Origin: Macrostomum lignano
Lineage: Eukaryota
DNA: 64,000 nt
NCBI GenBank assembly: GCA_002269645.1
Contig: NIVC01001039.1
Span: forward strand, 1 to 64,000
Direction: 5' to 3'
Position 1 is the first letter of the stretch. Every line of letters starts with the position of its first letter. Shown here piece by piece: positions 12,740-24,734 of this stretch. The notes under the pieces were generated by a model. It was not told the DNA's origin. It searched no databases and was given only the letters and a program-made list of their open reading frames with translations. A program made the translations under genes and the position numbers.

Positions 12740-14095
12740 GCTTGTGTCTCTGGTTGTGTCTCTGGTTGTGTCTCTCTGGTTGTGTCTCTCTGGTTGTGTC
12801 TCTCTGGTTGTTGTGTCTCTCTGGTTGTGTCTCTCCCGATTGTGTCTCTCTGGTTGTGTCTCTTTGGTTGTGTCTCTCCGATTGTCTCTCTGGTTGTGTC
12901 TCTCTGGTTGTGTCTCTCTGGTTGTGTCTCTCTGGTTGTGTCTCTCTGGTTGTGTCTCTCCCGATTGTGTCTCTCTGGTTGTGTCTCTCTGGTTGTGTCT
13001 CTCCGATTGTGTCTCTCTCCGATTGTGTCTCTCTCCGATTGTGTCTCTCTGGTTGTGTCCCTCTACGATTGTGTCTCTCTCCGATTGTGTCCCTCTCCGA
13101 TTGTGTCTCTCTGGTTGTGTCTCTCTGATTGTGCCTCTCCGATTGGGTCTCTCCGATTGTGTCTCTCTCCGATTGTGTCTCTCTCCGATTGTGTCTCTCT
13201 CTGATTGTGTCTCTCTGGTTGTGTCCCTCTTCGATTGTGTCTCTCTGGTTGTGTCTCTGTCCGATTGTGTCTCTCCGATTGTGTCTCTCTGGTTGTGTCT
13301 CTATCCGATTGTATCTCTCTGGTTGTGTCTTTCTAGTTGTGTCTCTATCCGATTGTGTCTCTCTGGTTGTGTCTCTCTGGTTGTGTCTCTCTCCGATTGT
13401 CTCTCTCCGATTGTGTCTCTCTGGTTGTGTCTCTCTGGTTGTGTCTCTCCGATTGTGTCTCTCTCCGATTGTGTCTCTCTCCGATTGTGTCTCTCTGGTT
13501 GTGTCCCTCTACGATTGTGTCTCTCTCCGATTGTGTCCCTCTCCGATTGTGTCTCTCTGGTTGTGTCTCTCTGATTGTGCCTCTCCGATTGGGTCTCTCC
13601 GATTGTGTCTCTCTCCGATTGTGTCTCTCTCCGATTGTGTCTCTCTCTGATTGTGTCTCTCTGGTTGTGTCCCTCTTCGATTGTGTCTCTCTGGTTGTGT
13701 CTCTGTCCGATTGTGTCTCTCCGATTGTGTCTCTCTGGTTGTGTCTCTATCCGATTGTATCTCTCTGGTTGTGTCTTTCTAGTTGTGTCTCTATCCGATT
13801 GTGTCTCTCTGGTTGTATCTCTCTGGTTGTGTCTCTCTCCGATTGTCTCTCTCCGATTGTGTCTCTCTGGTTGTCTCTCTGATTGTCTCTCTTGTTGTGT
13901 CTCTCCGATTGTGTCTCTCTGGTTGTGTCTCTCTGGTTGTGTCTCTCTGGTTATGTTTCTCTGGTTGTGTCTCTCTCCGATTGTCTCTCTCCGATTGTGT
14001 CTGTTTGTTTGCATCTATCTGATTGTGTCTTTCTGATTGTCTATCTGATTATGTCTCTCCAATTGTGTCTGTGATTTTGTCTGTCTGATGGTCTC
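12740..14095. repeat. 14-16-bp minisatellite (ttgtgtctctctgg / ttgtgtctctctccga) with a ~240-bp higher-order duplication
   Basis: Seen directly downstream of the Mint stop codon. Confidence 0.93.
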
Positions 14096-14979
14096 TTTCT
14101 GTCTATCTGTCCCGCTATACCTGTCCATTTCAGCGCCCCAGCCTGGCTCCCAGGTGCACCTGTACATAGCACAGCAAGCTTTGCAGCTTTGCTTCGCAGT
14201 CTGAGACAGCCGCCGTGATTCGCTATTCAACTGATAGCTGAACTACTTACAGCTGCTGTCACAGGTTTTACTGTTGCTGTAAGCATGTAAAGCCCAGCAG
14301 TGCAATAAGTAATGCTATTCCACTGGTTGCGAATATTGATAACCCCAATTAATCAATTGCTTTGTCATTAATTTCTAGCCAAGAATATTCTGTTATTTGT
14401 CACACAAGTGCAACCACTTGCAAAGGTCCAGTATTAACCTGCCTTTCAGAGTAGCCAGTTTTTCACTCATATAATTTGCTTTCAACTTCTTGATCGCGTT
14501 TTCACTATCTGGTCAACTTGTCCTTCCAAACTGGTTATTAAATATTCCTCCACGGTATTGTTTTCACAGTTTTTATTCATTCGAATTTTAAACAATACAC
14601 CTCTGCTAGGGCATCGAACCCAGGACCTCTTAGGTACATAGTTTAGATTTTTAAGGCTGGATTAAACCAATATTTGTTCGAGTTTTCATAAAGCCCTGGC
14701 AAGAATTTTGATAATCTTTCTCTACTTGCTACTGACGGCTTTTCAGTAGCATAGTCAGCTTTTTTCAACCGTTTTCTCTCACTGTGCTCTCCGTCTAAAA
14801 ACGTTAACGACTTTATATATTTTTTCGCTTCTTAAAGCTTCGAGCCGTGCGGTATTTAACTTTCAACATTTTTTGCCATTTCCCGTCGCGAAATTGGGAT
14901 TTTTTTACCAACCCAGTAAGACACGCAGTCAGGCGTGAGCATTGGTTAAGGGCTGAGCTGCCTCATCTCCAGTTATTTT

Positions 14980-15480
14980 GATGGATTGCTAGACTAGATG
15001 GGTTGCTAGACTAGATGGATTGCTAGACTAGATGGATTGCTAGACTAGATGGATTGCTAGTCTAGATGGATTGCTGGACTAGATGGATTGCTAGACTAGA
15101 TGGATTGCTAGTCTAGATGGATTGCTAGTAGAGATGGATTACTAGTAGATAGATTGCTAGTAGAGATGGATTGCTAGTAGAGATGGATGGCTAGTAGAGA
15201 TGGATTGCTAGTAGAGATGGATTACTAGTAGATAGATTGCTAGTAGAGATGGATTGCTAGTAGAGATGGATGGCTAGTAGAGATGGATTGCTAGTAGAGA
15301 TGGATGGCTAGTAGAGATGGATGGCTAGTAGAGATGGATTGCTAGTAGAGATGGATGGCTAGTAGAGATGGATGGCTAGTAGAGATGGATTGCTAGTAGA
15401 GATGGATGGCTAGTAGAGATGGATTGCTAGTAGAGATGGATGGCTAGTAGAGATGGATTGCTAGTCTAGATGCTAGTCTT
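14980..15480. repeat. 17-bp minisatellite of the same family as 11466-12258 (ctagactagatggattg / ctagtagagatggattg)
   Basis: Seen directly. Confidence 0.92.
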
Positions 15481-15789
15481 AACGCATTGCTAGTTCAGAT
15501 GAATCGCTTGCGTGTGAAGCTTGCGAGAATGGCAGATAGAATCGCTTTTGTACTGCTGCTACAGTTAACTTTTTATATTATATTAATAGCAATCAACGTT
15601 TGCATTAAAAACACATATATACTCGTGTGTGTGTGCAGTGTGACAGCAGGCACTTCCACATTGAGAACTGAGATTGGCGGTTCTCACGAAATTAAATTTT
15701 CCTGCTTATTTTAATCGATTTAATAGATTAAAACATTGAAAAACTCAGAAGTGCGTTAACAAAAAGGTAAACAGATTCACACATAGAGA

Positions 15790-16170
15790 TAGAATTGCAT
15801 ATTTAATGTCAGATAGAATGGCAGATAGAATTGCAGATAGATTGGCAGATATATTGGCAGATAGAATGACAGATAGAATGGCAGATATATTAGCAGATAG
15901 AATGGCAGATAAAATGGCAGATAGAATAGCAGATAGAATGGCAGACAGATTAGCAGATAGAATGGCATAGAATAGCAGATAGAATGGCATAGAATAGCAG
16001 ATAGAATGGCAGACAGATTAGCAGATAGAATGGCAGATAGAATGGCAGACAGATTAGCAGATAGAATGGCATAGAATAGCAGGTAGAATGGCAGACAGAT
16101 TAGCAGATAGAATGGCATAGAATAGCAGATAGAATGGCAGACAGATTAGCAGATAGAATGGCAGATAGAA
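15790..16170. repeat. ~12-bp repeat (gcagatagaatg)
   Basis: Seen directly. Confidence 0.88.
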
Positions 16171-16549
16171 GTCTAAAGCAGTGAGGGCCTTCGGAAATGA
16201 GAATTGGCTCTACTTTGCGCAGCTCATTTCTCTCTGACTCTTCTTACTCTGATTCGGGGTCATAAATCTCAATCGGTCTCGGGAGTCTCCGGGATTCTGG
16301 ACTGTCTTCCTCATCCCCAAACTAAATGCCGGCGGGCCCCGGTGGGAGAGGTAACTGCAGAGACTGCAGCGGCCGGCTCTGCTGCTTAGGAGAGCTGCCC
16401 AGGCCTTCTGTGCATTGGGTCGGCTTTACTGCATCCTTGGGGCTGCTGTTGAGGAATTTCACTGGCCACAGCGCATGGAGGCATCGCCAATATGAAACTG
16501 CTGTGTTTGATTGAAGCTATCGATTTAGCGCAGTTCAATTAACTGTGGA

Positions 16550-16930
16550 CTCGCCCCACACTGCTTCTCAGCCACACACCGCTACTCAGCCCCACACCGC
16601 TACTCAGCCCCACACCGCTTCTCAGCCACACACCGCTACTCAGCCACACACCGCTACTCAGCCCCACACCGCTTCTCAGCCCCCACCGCTTCTCAGCCAC
16701 ACACCGCTACTCAGCCACACACCGCTTCTCAGCCCCACACCGCTACTCAGCCCCACCGCTACTCAGCCCCCACCGCTTCTCAGCCTCACACCGCTACTCA
16801 GCCCCACACCGCTACTCAGCCACACACCGCTACTCAGCCCCACACCGCTACTCAGCCCCACACCGCTACTCAGCCCCACACCGCTTCTCAGCCCCACGCC
16901 GCTACTCAGCCCCCCCCCCCACCGCTACTC
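16550..16930. repeat. ~18-bp repeat (cacaccgctactcagccc)
   Basis: Seen directly. Confidence 0.88.
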
Positions 16931-17718
16931 TGAAGTTATCCGTACTCCGTACAGCTAACAATGAGAGAATTTAAACTTTCTTTATTGTCTCAGACTTGGT
17001 CTAGTTTAGAAGTAAGCCAGAGGCTGATTTATTGCAGTCAGCATCACAGCATAGACCGTGCGGTGAATTGGGAATCAGCTTGTCCATAACTGGTGCCTCT
17101 TGGGTACCGAAATAGCTGCATAGAGCCAGAGATTTACCGCAAGCCTTTCGGGTCTGCAAATGCTTGCAGGCTGAGTGGCACACCTGAGATGTGCTCAAAA
17201 CTTCCTACCCAATCTCTAACAACTAACAACACAATACGGCGTCAATGTCTACAGCATGGCATCAGTTACTTTGGCCCGTGAGAAAACTTGCACCTGCGAT
17301 ACTTTAGTAATTCCTCCTTATTGTCATTCTGCTTACCCACTGAGCCGCTTTTTGGGCTTAAAATGGCAGTTGTTGTCGGGCTCAGCTAATGAGGGTATTT
17401 CAGTGAACGAGACCGGCGTTATTTTGCCATGGAAACCAACCCAACACAGCTGTACTCGTGGGTTATGATTTGCAAGCCATGCATGCATTACGACTAAATT
17501 TTGTATATTTCTGTTCATCCACTGATGCCTATGGACACAGCGCCAGCTCTTCGCTAAGGATGTTTGGGAAAAGAGGTACACTGTGTTCAAGGTTCGAGGC
17601 TCAGTTTCTGTGGCGCATTCTGGGAGATTCCGGAGCAGGTTCAAGCGTTCCTAAGAGACGCATATTGGTAAATGTAGCAGTTAAAAGTTTGTGTCTCATT
17701 GTCGGAATCGTATTGTAT

Positions 17719-18756
17719 CTACTCAAGGTCAAGGTAGAACTCGGTGTTGGCCGCTACTTCCGGGATGTCTTGACTGGCCTCGCTAAGTCGTTTACCGAAT
17801 CCGCTGCTCCAAGCTCCGGAACGTTTACCGAATCCGCTGCTCCAAGCTCCGGCACGTTTACCGAATCCGCTGCTCCAAGCTCCGGCACGTTTACCGAATC
17901 CGCTGCTCCAAGCTCCGGCACGTTTACCGAATCCGCTGCTCCAAGCTCCGGCACGTTTACCGAATCCGCTGTTCCAGGCTCCAGCACGTTTACCGAATCC
18001 GCTGTTCCAGGCTCCAGCACGTTTACCGAATCCGCTGTTCCAGGCTCCAGCACGTTTACCGAATCCGCTGTTCCAGGCTCCAGCACGTTTACCGAATCCG
18101 CTGTTCCAGGCTCCGGCACGTTTACCGAATCCGCTGCTCCAGGCTCCGGCACGTTTACCGAATCCGCTGTTCCAAGCTCCGGCACGTTTACCGAATCCGC
18201 TGCTCCAGGCTCCGGCACGTTTACCGAATCCGCTGTTCCAGGCTCCAGCACGTTTACCGAATCCGCTGTTCCAGGCTCCAGCACGTTTACCGAATCCGTT
18301 GTTCCAGGCTCCGGCACGTTTACCGAATCCGCTGTTCCAGGCTCCGGCACGTTTACCGAATCCGCTGCTCCAGGCTCCGGCACGTTTACCGAATCCGCTG
18401 TTCCAAGCTCCGGCACGTTTACCGAATCCGCTGTTCCAGGCTCCGGCACGTTTACCGAATCCGCTGCTCCAGGCTCCGGCACGTTTACCGAATCCGCTGC
18501 TCCAGGCTCCGGCCCGCTTTTTGTCTTGCCAAAGAGATGCATCACCGTTTATGTCGGCCTTATCGAGCTCATCAGTGTCCAGCAGGTCTGAAATGTGCGG
18601 ATTATATTAGTACTCAAACCATTTTTCGAGTCTGACCCCAAATTTGGTAATACGAGTAAATTAAGGAGACACGCTCTCACCCTTGGCACTGGCTGAATGA
18701 CTCAGCAAGTTGACCGCCATCAGAGCAGCCGAGAGCAGTAGCAGCAGTTTCGTCAT
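17719..18756 (-). CDS. Neuropeptide precursor: signal peptide + 22 copies of (A/S)GAW(S/N)(S/N)GF-G-KR, 314 aa
   Basis: Exon 1 (18756-18681) encodes MTKLLLLLSAALMAVNLLSHSASAK plus 1 nt, donor gtgaga. The intron is 93 nt with acceptor catttcag. Exon 2 (18587-17719) reads DLLDTDELDKADINGDASLWQDKKR-[AGAWSSGFGKR / AGAWNSGFGKR]x22-LSEASQDIPEVAANTEFYLDLE*. Total 945 nt, in frame. Most unit-to-unit differences (GCC/GCT) are synonymous in this frame. Confidence 0.93.
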
Positions 18757-18881
18757 ATCCGTCGTTGTCTCTCCGTGCTCGAAACGTTTAGCAGGATTTG
18801 CAACTGTACTGCGATGGCTTGGGTTACTCAAATGCCCAGCTGGCGTTCGCACTCCAGTGGCGAGGAGCTGCCCAAGCGCTA

Positions 18882-18892
18882 GTATTTATGCG
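18882..18892 (-). promoter_or_regulatory. TATA-like element upstream of the neuropeptide precursor
   Basis: Minus strand reads gcataaatact about 130 nt upstream of the ATG at 18756. Motif only. Confidence 0.25.
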
Positions 18893-19234
18893 CCTGGAAT
18901 GCAACGAGAAGTTTTGGGTTCTCTCTACGAGGGTATCTCATCTTTCTCATTCTGCGCCTCTTCACCGCCCTGCCCCTCTTCCCTGGCTCCCGGGATTAAC
19001 CTGATGCAGCAGTGCGGCCTCATCCGCAAAGCAGTCAGTTGATTGGCCGCGGCAGCTGCATGAGAGGTGCGTGGGCCAAAGTTGGACAAATTTGGATTCT
19101 GAAATCTACCAGGATCTGAGATGTTGAATTCGGCTATTGATAGCATTTTCGTCACTTTAATGGACCGGTATGACGTGAATGGATGCCATTTAAGTCCCCA
19201 TCCGTATCTGCGTTCCTCAGTCACTAAGTCCCTC

Positions 19235-19625
19235 TGCTCCCGAGTCCCTCCGTTTCTGAGTCCCTCCGTTCCCGAGTCCCTCCGTTTCCGAGTCCCTCCG
19301 TTTGCGAGTCTCTCCGTTCCCGAGTCCCTCCGGTCCCTCCGTTCCCGAGTCGCTCCGTTCCCGAGTCGCTCCGTTCCCGAGTCGCTCCGTTCCCGAGACC
19401 CTCCGATTCCGAGTCCCTCCGTTCCCGAGTCCCTCCGTTCCCAAGTCCCTCCGTTCCCGAGACCTCCGTTCCCGAATCGCTCCGTTCCCGAGTCCCTCCG
19501 TTCCCGAGACCCTCCGATTCCGAGTCCCTCCGTTCCCGAGACCCTCCGTTTCTGAGTCCCTCCGTTCCCGAGTCCCTCCGTTCCCGAGACCCTCCGTTTC
19601 CGAGTCCCTCCGTTCCCGAGTCCCT
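19235..19625. repeat. ~17-bp repeat (cccgagtccctccgtt)
   Basis: Seen directly. Confidence 0.88.
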
Positions 19626-20739
19626 TCATTCCCGGAATCATTCCAGTCTTGCCTCCTGTGTGACTCATAAATATGTCGATTATTTAGTCTGAACAAGTTT
19701 ACTTTCTTATAATGCATGCGCAGTGTACTAAAAGTTATTTGTGTTTCGTCCTACTGCTACCAGCAATTGCTCCTAACGTGTTGTCTAATAATTTCCTAAC
19801 CTCTTATCACCGACTGCCGAGCGGTGCCCCGCACTGTAACACACGCAGGTAAAAATTTTCTCCCCCAATACACGGCGGAAGCATATGTTCGCTCTGCCAG
19901 TGATCGGGGTTACCTGGCCCGCAATCTACTTGACGCACAGGTTCACTCAGCATCTGCTGAGCCGCCTGCCGATAGCGGGGATGAGGGTTGTTAATCAGAA
20001 TTGATCGCGAGAGTTGCCGCACTCAGCTACGAGACTTGAGCTCCGACTAAATGCATCGTAATATCGCTTGACAAACTTGTGGCTCCTCAGGTAAGTTTGG
20101 ATTGGGCTCGCAAACAAGTGGCCATTGAGATAGCGGTCTCCCGCCCAGCCTAGAAGAGGCTTGGAAAAAAGGCAATGAATGCAATTTTGAATAGCGATTT
20201 CCAATTTCCCAGAGCCCGAATTCGGAGAGCTGCTCGACTTGATAGGCGCGCTTCGCTCGATGGCTGCTGCAGGTTAATTGCAGCAACTTGAGCCGCGCTT
20301 GCTGCCAAAGAAGCGAAATATTTTTTTGCAATTCTCTTTTCTTGATTGGCAGCCAAAATGAGCTGACGAAACAAAACGCGAAATTTCCTGCAATTTTTTA
20401 TCAGTCAGCGCTGTTTAACACGTCTTGAGTCTGACAATGCGATGCTGTGTTGGCAAAGCTTGATAAGCTAGAAATGCTAGAAATGGATTTGAGCTAAAAT
20501 CGGCTTAACTGCTCAAAGTTTCAAAGTCCTTTTGAGCTAAAATTTACCGTTCCATTATGATGAGAAGTGAGACCATACAATACCGACTAATAGTCTGATT
20601 TTAAAAGCTGTTCACCTTCATTGGGACTGCAGCACCCCAGAGCCGAAGCAGGGATTGTAGGCCGACGGAAGGCTTTCAAACCAAAGTGCATCTGGTGGAA
20701 AGTACCTCGGGACTTCTGATTGTGACAGCTTGTGACAGA

Positions 20740-21540
20740 CACTGCAGTACAGGACACCTGATGATGATACAAATGAGTAAGGACACTGCAGTGCAGGACA
20801 CCTGATGGTGACACAAGTGAGTAGGGAAACTCCAGTGCAGGACACCTGATGGTGACACAAGTGAGTAGGGACACTGCAGTGCAGGACACCTGATGGTGAC
20901 ACAAGTGAGTAGGGAAACTCCAGTGCAGGACACCTGATGGTGACACAAGTGAGTAGGGACACTGCAGTGCAGGACACCTGGTGGTGACACAAGTGAGTAG
21001 GGACACTGCAATTCAGGACACCTGATGGTGACACAAGTGAGTAGGGACACTGCAATTCAGGACACCTGATGGTGACACAAGTGAGTAGGGACACTGCAAT
21101 TCAGGACACCTGATGGTGACACAAGTGAGTAGGGACACTGCAATTCAGGACACCTGATGGTGACACAAGTGAGTAGGGACACTGCAATTCAGGACACCTG
21201 ATGGTGACACAAGTGAGTAGGGAAACTCCAGTGCAGGACACCTGATGGTGACACAAGTGAGTAGGGACACTGCAATTCAGGACACCTGATGGTGACACAA
21301 GTGAGTAGGGACACTGCAATTCAGGACACCTGATGGTGACACAAGTGAGTAGGGACACTGCAATTCAGGACACCTGATGGTGACACAAGTGAGTAGGGAC
21401 ACTGCAATTCAGGACACCTGATGGTGACACAAGTGAGTAGGGACACTGCAGTACAGGACACCTGATGATGACACAAGTGAGTAGGGACACTCCAGTACAG
21501 GACACCTGATGATGACACAAGTGAGTAGGGACACTCCGGT
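20740..21540. repeat. 44-bp minisatellite (gacactgcaattcaggacacctgatggtgacacaagtgagtagg), ~18 copies
   Basis: Seen directly. Confidence 0.95.
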
Positions 21541-22287
21541 GTAGTGGTAACTGTGGAGGCACCCTGAATTTCCAATTTGCCTACGAGATTCGTGACAAGG
21601 ACCAGTGGTCCTTGATTCGTAAACCAATTAAAACGTGAAAACAACTTGACATTTCTTGCCATTAGAGAAAATCTTGCTGCCAATTTTGGATGCAGTTATC
21701 CCAAGAGCATATATTGGGATATGAATCTGTCCCACACTTGTCAATAGCGCATTAGACAGCTATAGCAGTTCACTGACAATTCCGAAGAGTTTTCAGGCTA
21801 AGAGCCAACCTGACACAGTCAAACCTGTCAGTTAGTAAAACTTTCTATCAGTGAATTCTCATATAGAATAATGCCTCACGAGCCATGTTTTGTACTATAG
21901 TTTTTATGCCTCGCAGGGCAGAGACCACTATGGCAGCTGCACGCACCGCTACAACTGGATGGACTGCTGACAAGGCCGCTTCCTGATAAGCATGCCGTGC
22001 AGATGCTGCCAGCTTCATCAGAGTAGCTCCAGCTTACAGGAGTTTATCCCAGCGCCCAAATCCTCAGTTGAAATTGCCCAGCCCTCCCTATTCAATGCTG
22101 CCATTGTGTGCGGCCATCTATTTAGGATCGGTCAGTCGCTGTGATTAAAACCATGAGCAGATCCGCACGCTTTACTTGCCCGCAGCGATATGGAAAATTA
22201 AAATTATCTGAAAGCTTAATCAAAATTAAAGATATTCTCACTAAGTAAAGCATTGCACTGTCTTGCAGATTGCAGGGAAGATTGTCG

Positions 22288-22545
22288 ATTGGAAGCAAGG
22301 CTGTCAGGTGGAAGCAAGGCTGTCAGGTGGAAGCAAGGCTGTCAGGTGGAAGCAAGGCTGTCAGGTGGAAGCAAGGCTGTCAGGTGGAAGCAAGGCTGTC
22401 AGGTGGAAGCAAGGCTGTCAGTTGGAAGCAAGGCTGTCAGGTGGAAGCAAGGCTGTCAGGTGGAAGCAAGGCTGTCAGGTGGAAGCAAGGCTGTCAGGTG
22501 GAAGCAAGGCTGTCAGGTGGAAGCAAGGCTGTCAGGTGGAAGCAA
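22288..22545. repeat. 19-bp minisatellite (ggaagcaaggctgtcaggt), ~13 copies
   Basis: Near-perfect copies. Confidence 0.95.
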
Positions 22546-23103
22546 AATGTCAGGAAGGAAGAATATTTAATCCATAAATAATCTCTGAAAATTCATCCAA
22601 CAAAACCTTCACTTCTTCAACTAAAAAATACTGACCAGACACCTCGGTTGTTACTACTGGCAGTAGTAATCGTAGGATTTGCGGCTTACTGAACTGTATG
22701 AGTGCATATTATTGTATTGCTGTACAGCATTAGTAAAAATACAGTAATACAGCAATATACAGGCTCAATACAGGCGTGACAATTAAGTATCAGAGTCGAA
22801 TACGAGTAGCAGCACAATGGCAACTGCGATTTTTAAGAGAACTAACAAGTATTGTAATATATGTGTATTTTAATAGCTTATGATATTAAGTTTAGTTTAA
22901 AAAATTATGCGTTTCTAGTATTAAAAAAATAAAATATGAATATCTATCTAATATCACAGCAGACGCTAGACTCACTGCAAAAAAATTTAAAGTTTATTAT
23001 AGAAGCAGAATGAAGACCACTTAAGAGTATGTAATTTAAATCAGTGGAGTATGAACCAGTCCAGCCGAATGTCTTAAAAGTTCAAAGGCTCAAATCCGCG
23101 GCT

Positions 23104-24090
23104 TCACAGGATGGCGCACACGCAGCTCTGCTTCCGTTTGAATGACTCCTGCTGAGCTCGCTTGAGCTCTTGAATCTCTCTTTCCTTCTGTTCGTTTTCC
23201 AGTCTGAGTTCCTCTTTGTCCTTCTCGAGCTTCTGCTTCTCAGCCTGCTCCTTCTCGCGGCGGCTCTTTTCTTCGCTTTGCCGCTTCAAGGCGAGCAGCT
23301 TCAGTTCGTTAATCCGGCTGGCCAGGCTCTCAGTTGCCGAGCGAAGACCCACGAGTTCGTCGCCGACTTTGTTTAGTTCGCTAATCGACAATTCAAGCTT
23401 GTTTTTGAGTTCGTTGAACTGCTCACCCAGCTTGTCTAGCCGGGCAGCTGTTTCCCGAGTGTACTTTCCTGTGGCCAGGGCGGCCACACCGCCAGCTGCA
23501 GCAGCCAGTAGAGCGAGCCCACCGGTCAATACTGTGGCTGCTACGCCACCAGCCAAAGCTGAAACACCAGCTGCACCGTAACCAACTGTACGCGTGTTGG
23601 ACGCGTCTCGTTCAGCTTTCTCGTTTGCGTTTTTTATCTGCGCAACAAGTTTGGTTGCGAACGTGACAGTTTCATTTAAATCCTCAGTAAATTCCTTATA
23701 CTGCTCCTCGCAGTTGGAAACTTTGATGAGCAACTCATTCAGATTGTCAACACAGGCTTTTACGAAATCGGCATCAACTTCATCATTCTTGAGCGGTTCC
23801 TCCATGATCTCTCTCTTTGATTTCCAGTTTTCTTGCAGATTTTGGCACGCGATTCTGAAAAAATCGGCAGATTGCTTCGTTTTCCGGAGCAGTTTGGACA
23901 GCTCATTCCACTCAGCGCTTTCACTGCTGCTCAACAGTTCCCGGAGATCAGTCTGCGCCTTTTCCCAGCTGCTCGCCACGCTCAGAACAGTCTCCGTCAT
24001 TTTGGCCGTTGCAATCGCAACTTTATCAGAGCACCCTATGGCAGTAGCCAAGCTCTTTAAGGCTTCGGAAGCTTTGCTTGTAATCGACAT
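23104..24090 (-). CDS. Intronless 328-aa coiled-coil protein with Gly/Ala-rich hydrophobic segment and C-terminal CaaX box (apolipoprotein L / alpha-helical pore-former-like architecture)
   Basis: Non-repetitive ORF with ATG. Helical, E/K/L-rich, with central VGYGAAGVSALAGGVAATVLTGGLALLAAAAGGVAALATG and terminus KRKQSCVCAIL*. A TATAAAA lies on the minus strand about 90 nt upstream (24179-24185). Family assignment is inference. Confidence 0.8.
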   Translation of the reverse strand: MSITSKASEALKSLATAIGCSDKVAIATAKMTETVLSVASSWEKAQTDLRELLSSSESAEWNELSKLLRKTKQSADFFRIACQNLQENWKSKREIMEEPLKNDEVDADFVKACVDNLNELLIKVSNCEEQYKEFTEDLNETVTFATKLVAQIKNANEKAERDASNTRTVGYGAAGVSALAGGVAATVLTGGLALLAAAAGGVAALATGKYTRETAARLDKLGEQFNELKNKLELSISELNKVGDELVGLRSATESLASRINELKLLALKRQSEEKSRREKEQAEKQKLEKDKEELRLENEQKEREIQELKRAQQESFKRKQSCVCAIL

Positions 24091-24734
24091 GCTTGTGTTT
24101 TGCTGGTGTCTGCGGGCTCTTTGTTCTCTGCTTTCTTATATTTTTCCTAGCAAAACTTGTTATTTATTTAAATACGATTTTATAGTTTAAAAAACGGCAC
24201 GCAAGCACTGTGTTACCATGGCGCCTTGTTAAACAAGCGCTCAGTTCACCTGTCTGCCATCTCGTCCATTGCTACAAACATGTACATGGGCATCGTACAA
24301 TCCCACTGAAGTTCCCCAACGGCTCGTACAGTGCGGCGTGCTGCCGCGGGCCAACCAGTGTGCAGGCAGGCAAAAAAATGCGCACAGAGGAACCGGTTCG
24401 CTCTCTGATGATGAGATGAAAGCGGCAATGAGCTCGTAGGTTTAGATAGCTGCAACGCACAAGAATAATAGATGAATGAATGCCAGCTTCTGAAACAAAC
24501 CGAATGCAGTTACTCGCAGATGTAGCTAGCGTTATTTGCTAACAATTGGAGGGCGACTCGCTTTGTTAAGAATAAAACTCTGCAATTAAAATTTAAGAAC
24601 TTGGACAAATATTTCAAGCCGGAACGTTGCCCCGCCAGAGCCCAGAGTCCAGACCAAACACCGGTTTGGGGCCTGCATTATGTACACTTAACTCATCGCC
24701 AACATTGACACTGACACCGTTCCAGACATTTAGA

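Noticed and set aside
12640-14074. Cys/Leu/Ser/Val-rich ORFs
   Set aside because: Translations of a 14-16-bp simple repeat; no coding signal.
17458-18591. ORF-track proteins over the 33-bp array (+ TFTESAAPSSG repeats; - PEPGAADSVNV repeats)
   Set aside because: These are wrong frames. Unit variants are nonsynonymous there, while the third minus frame gives a signal peptide, GKR-flanked peptides and silent variation.
20350-20385. Hammerhead-ribozyme-like ctgacga...cgaaa (also ctgatga...gaaa near 24405)
   Set aside because: No pairable stem II or flanking stems.
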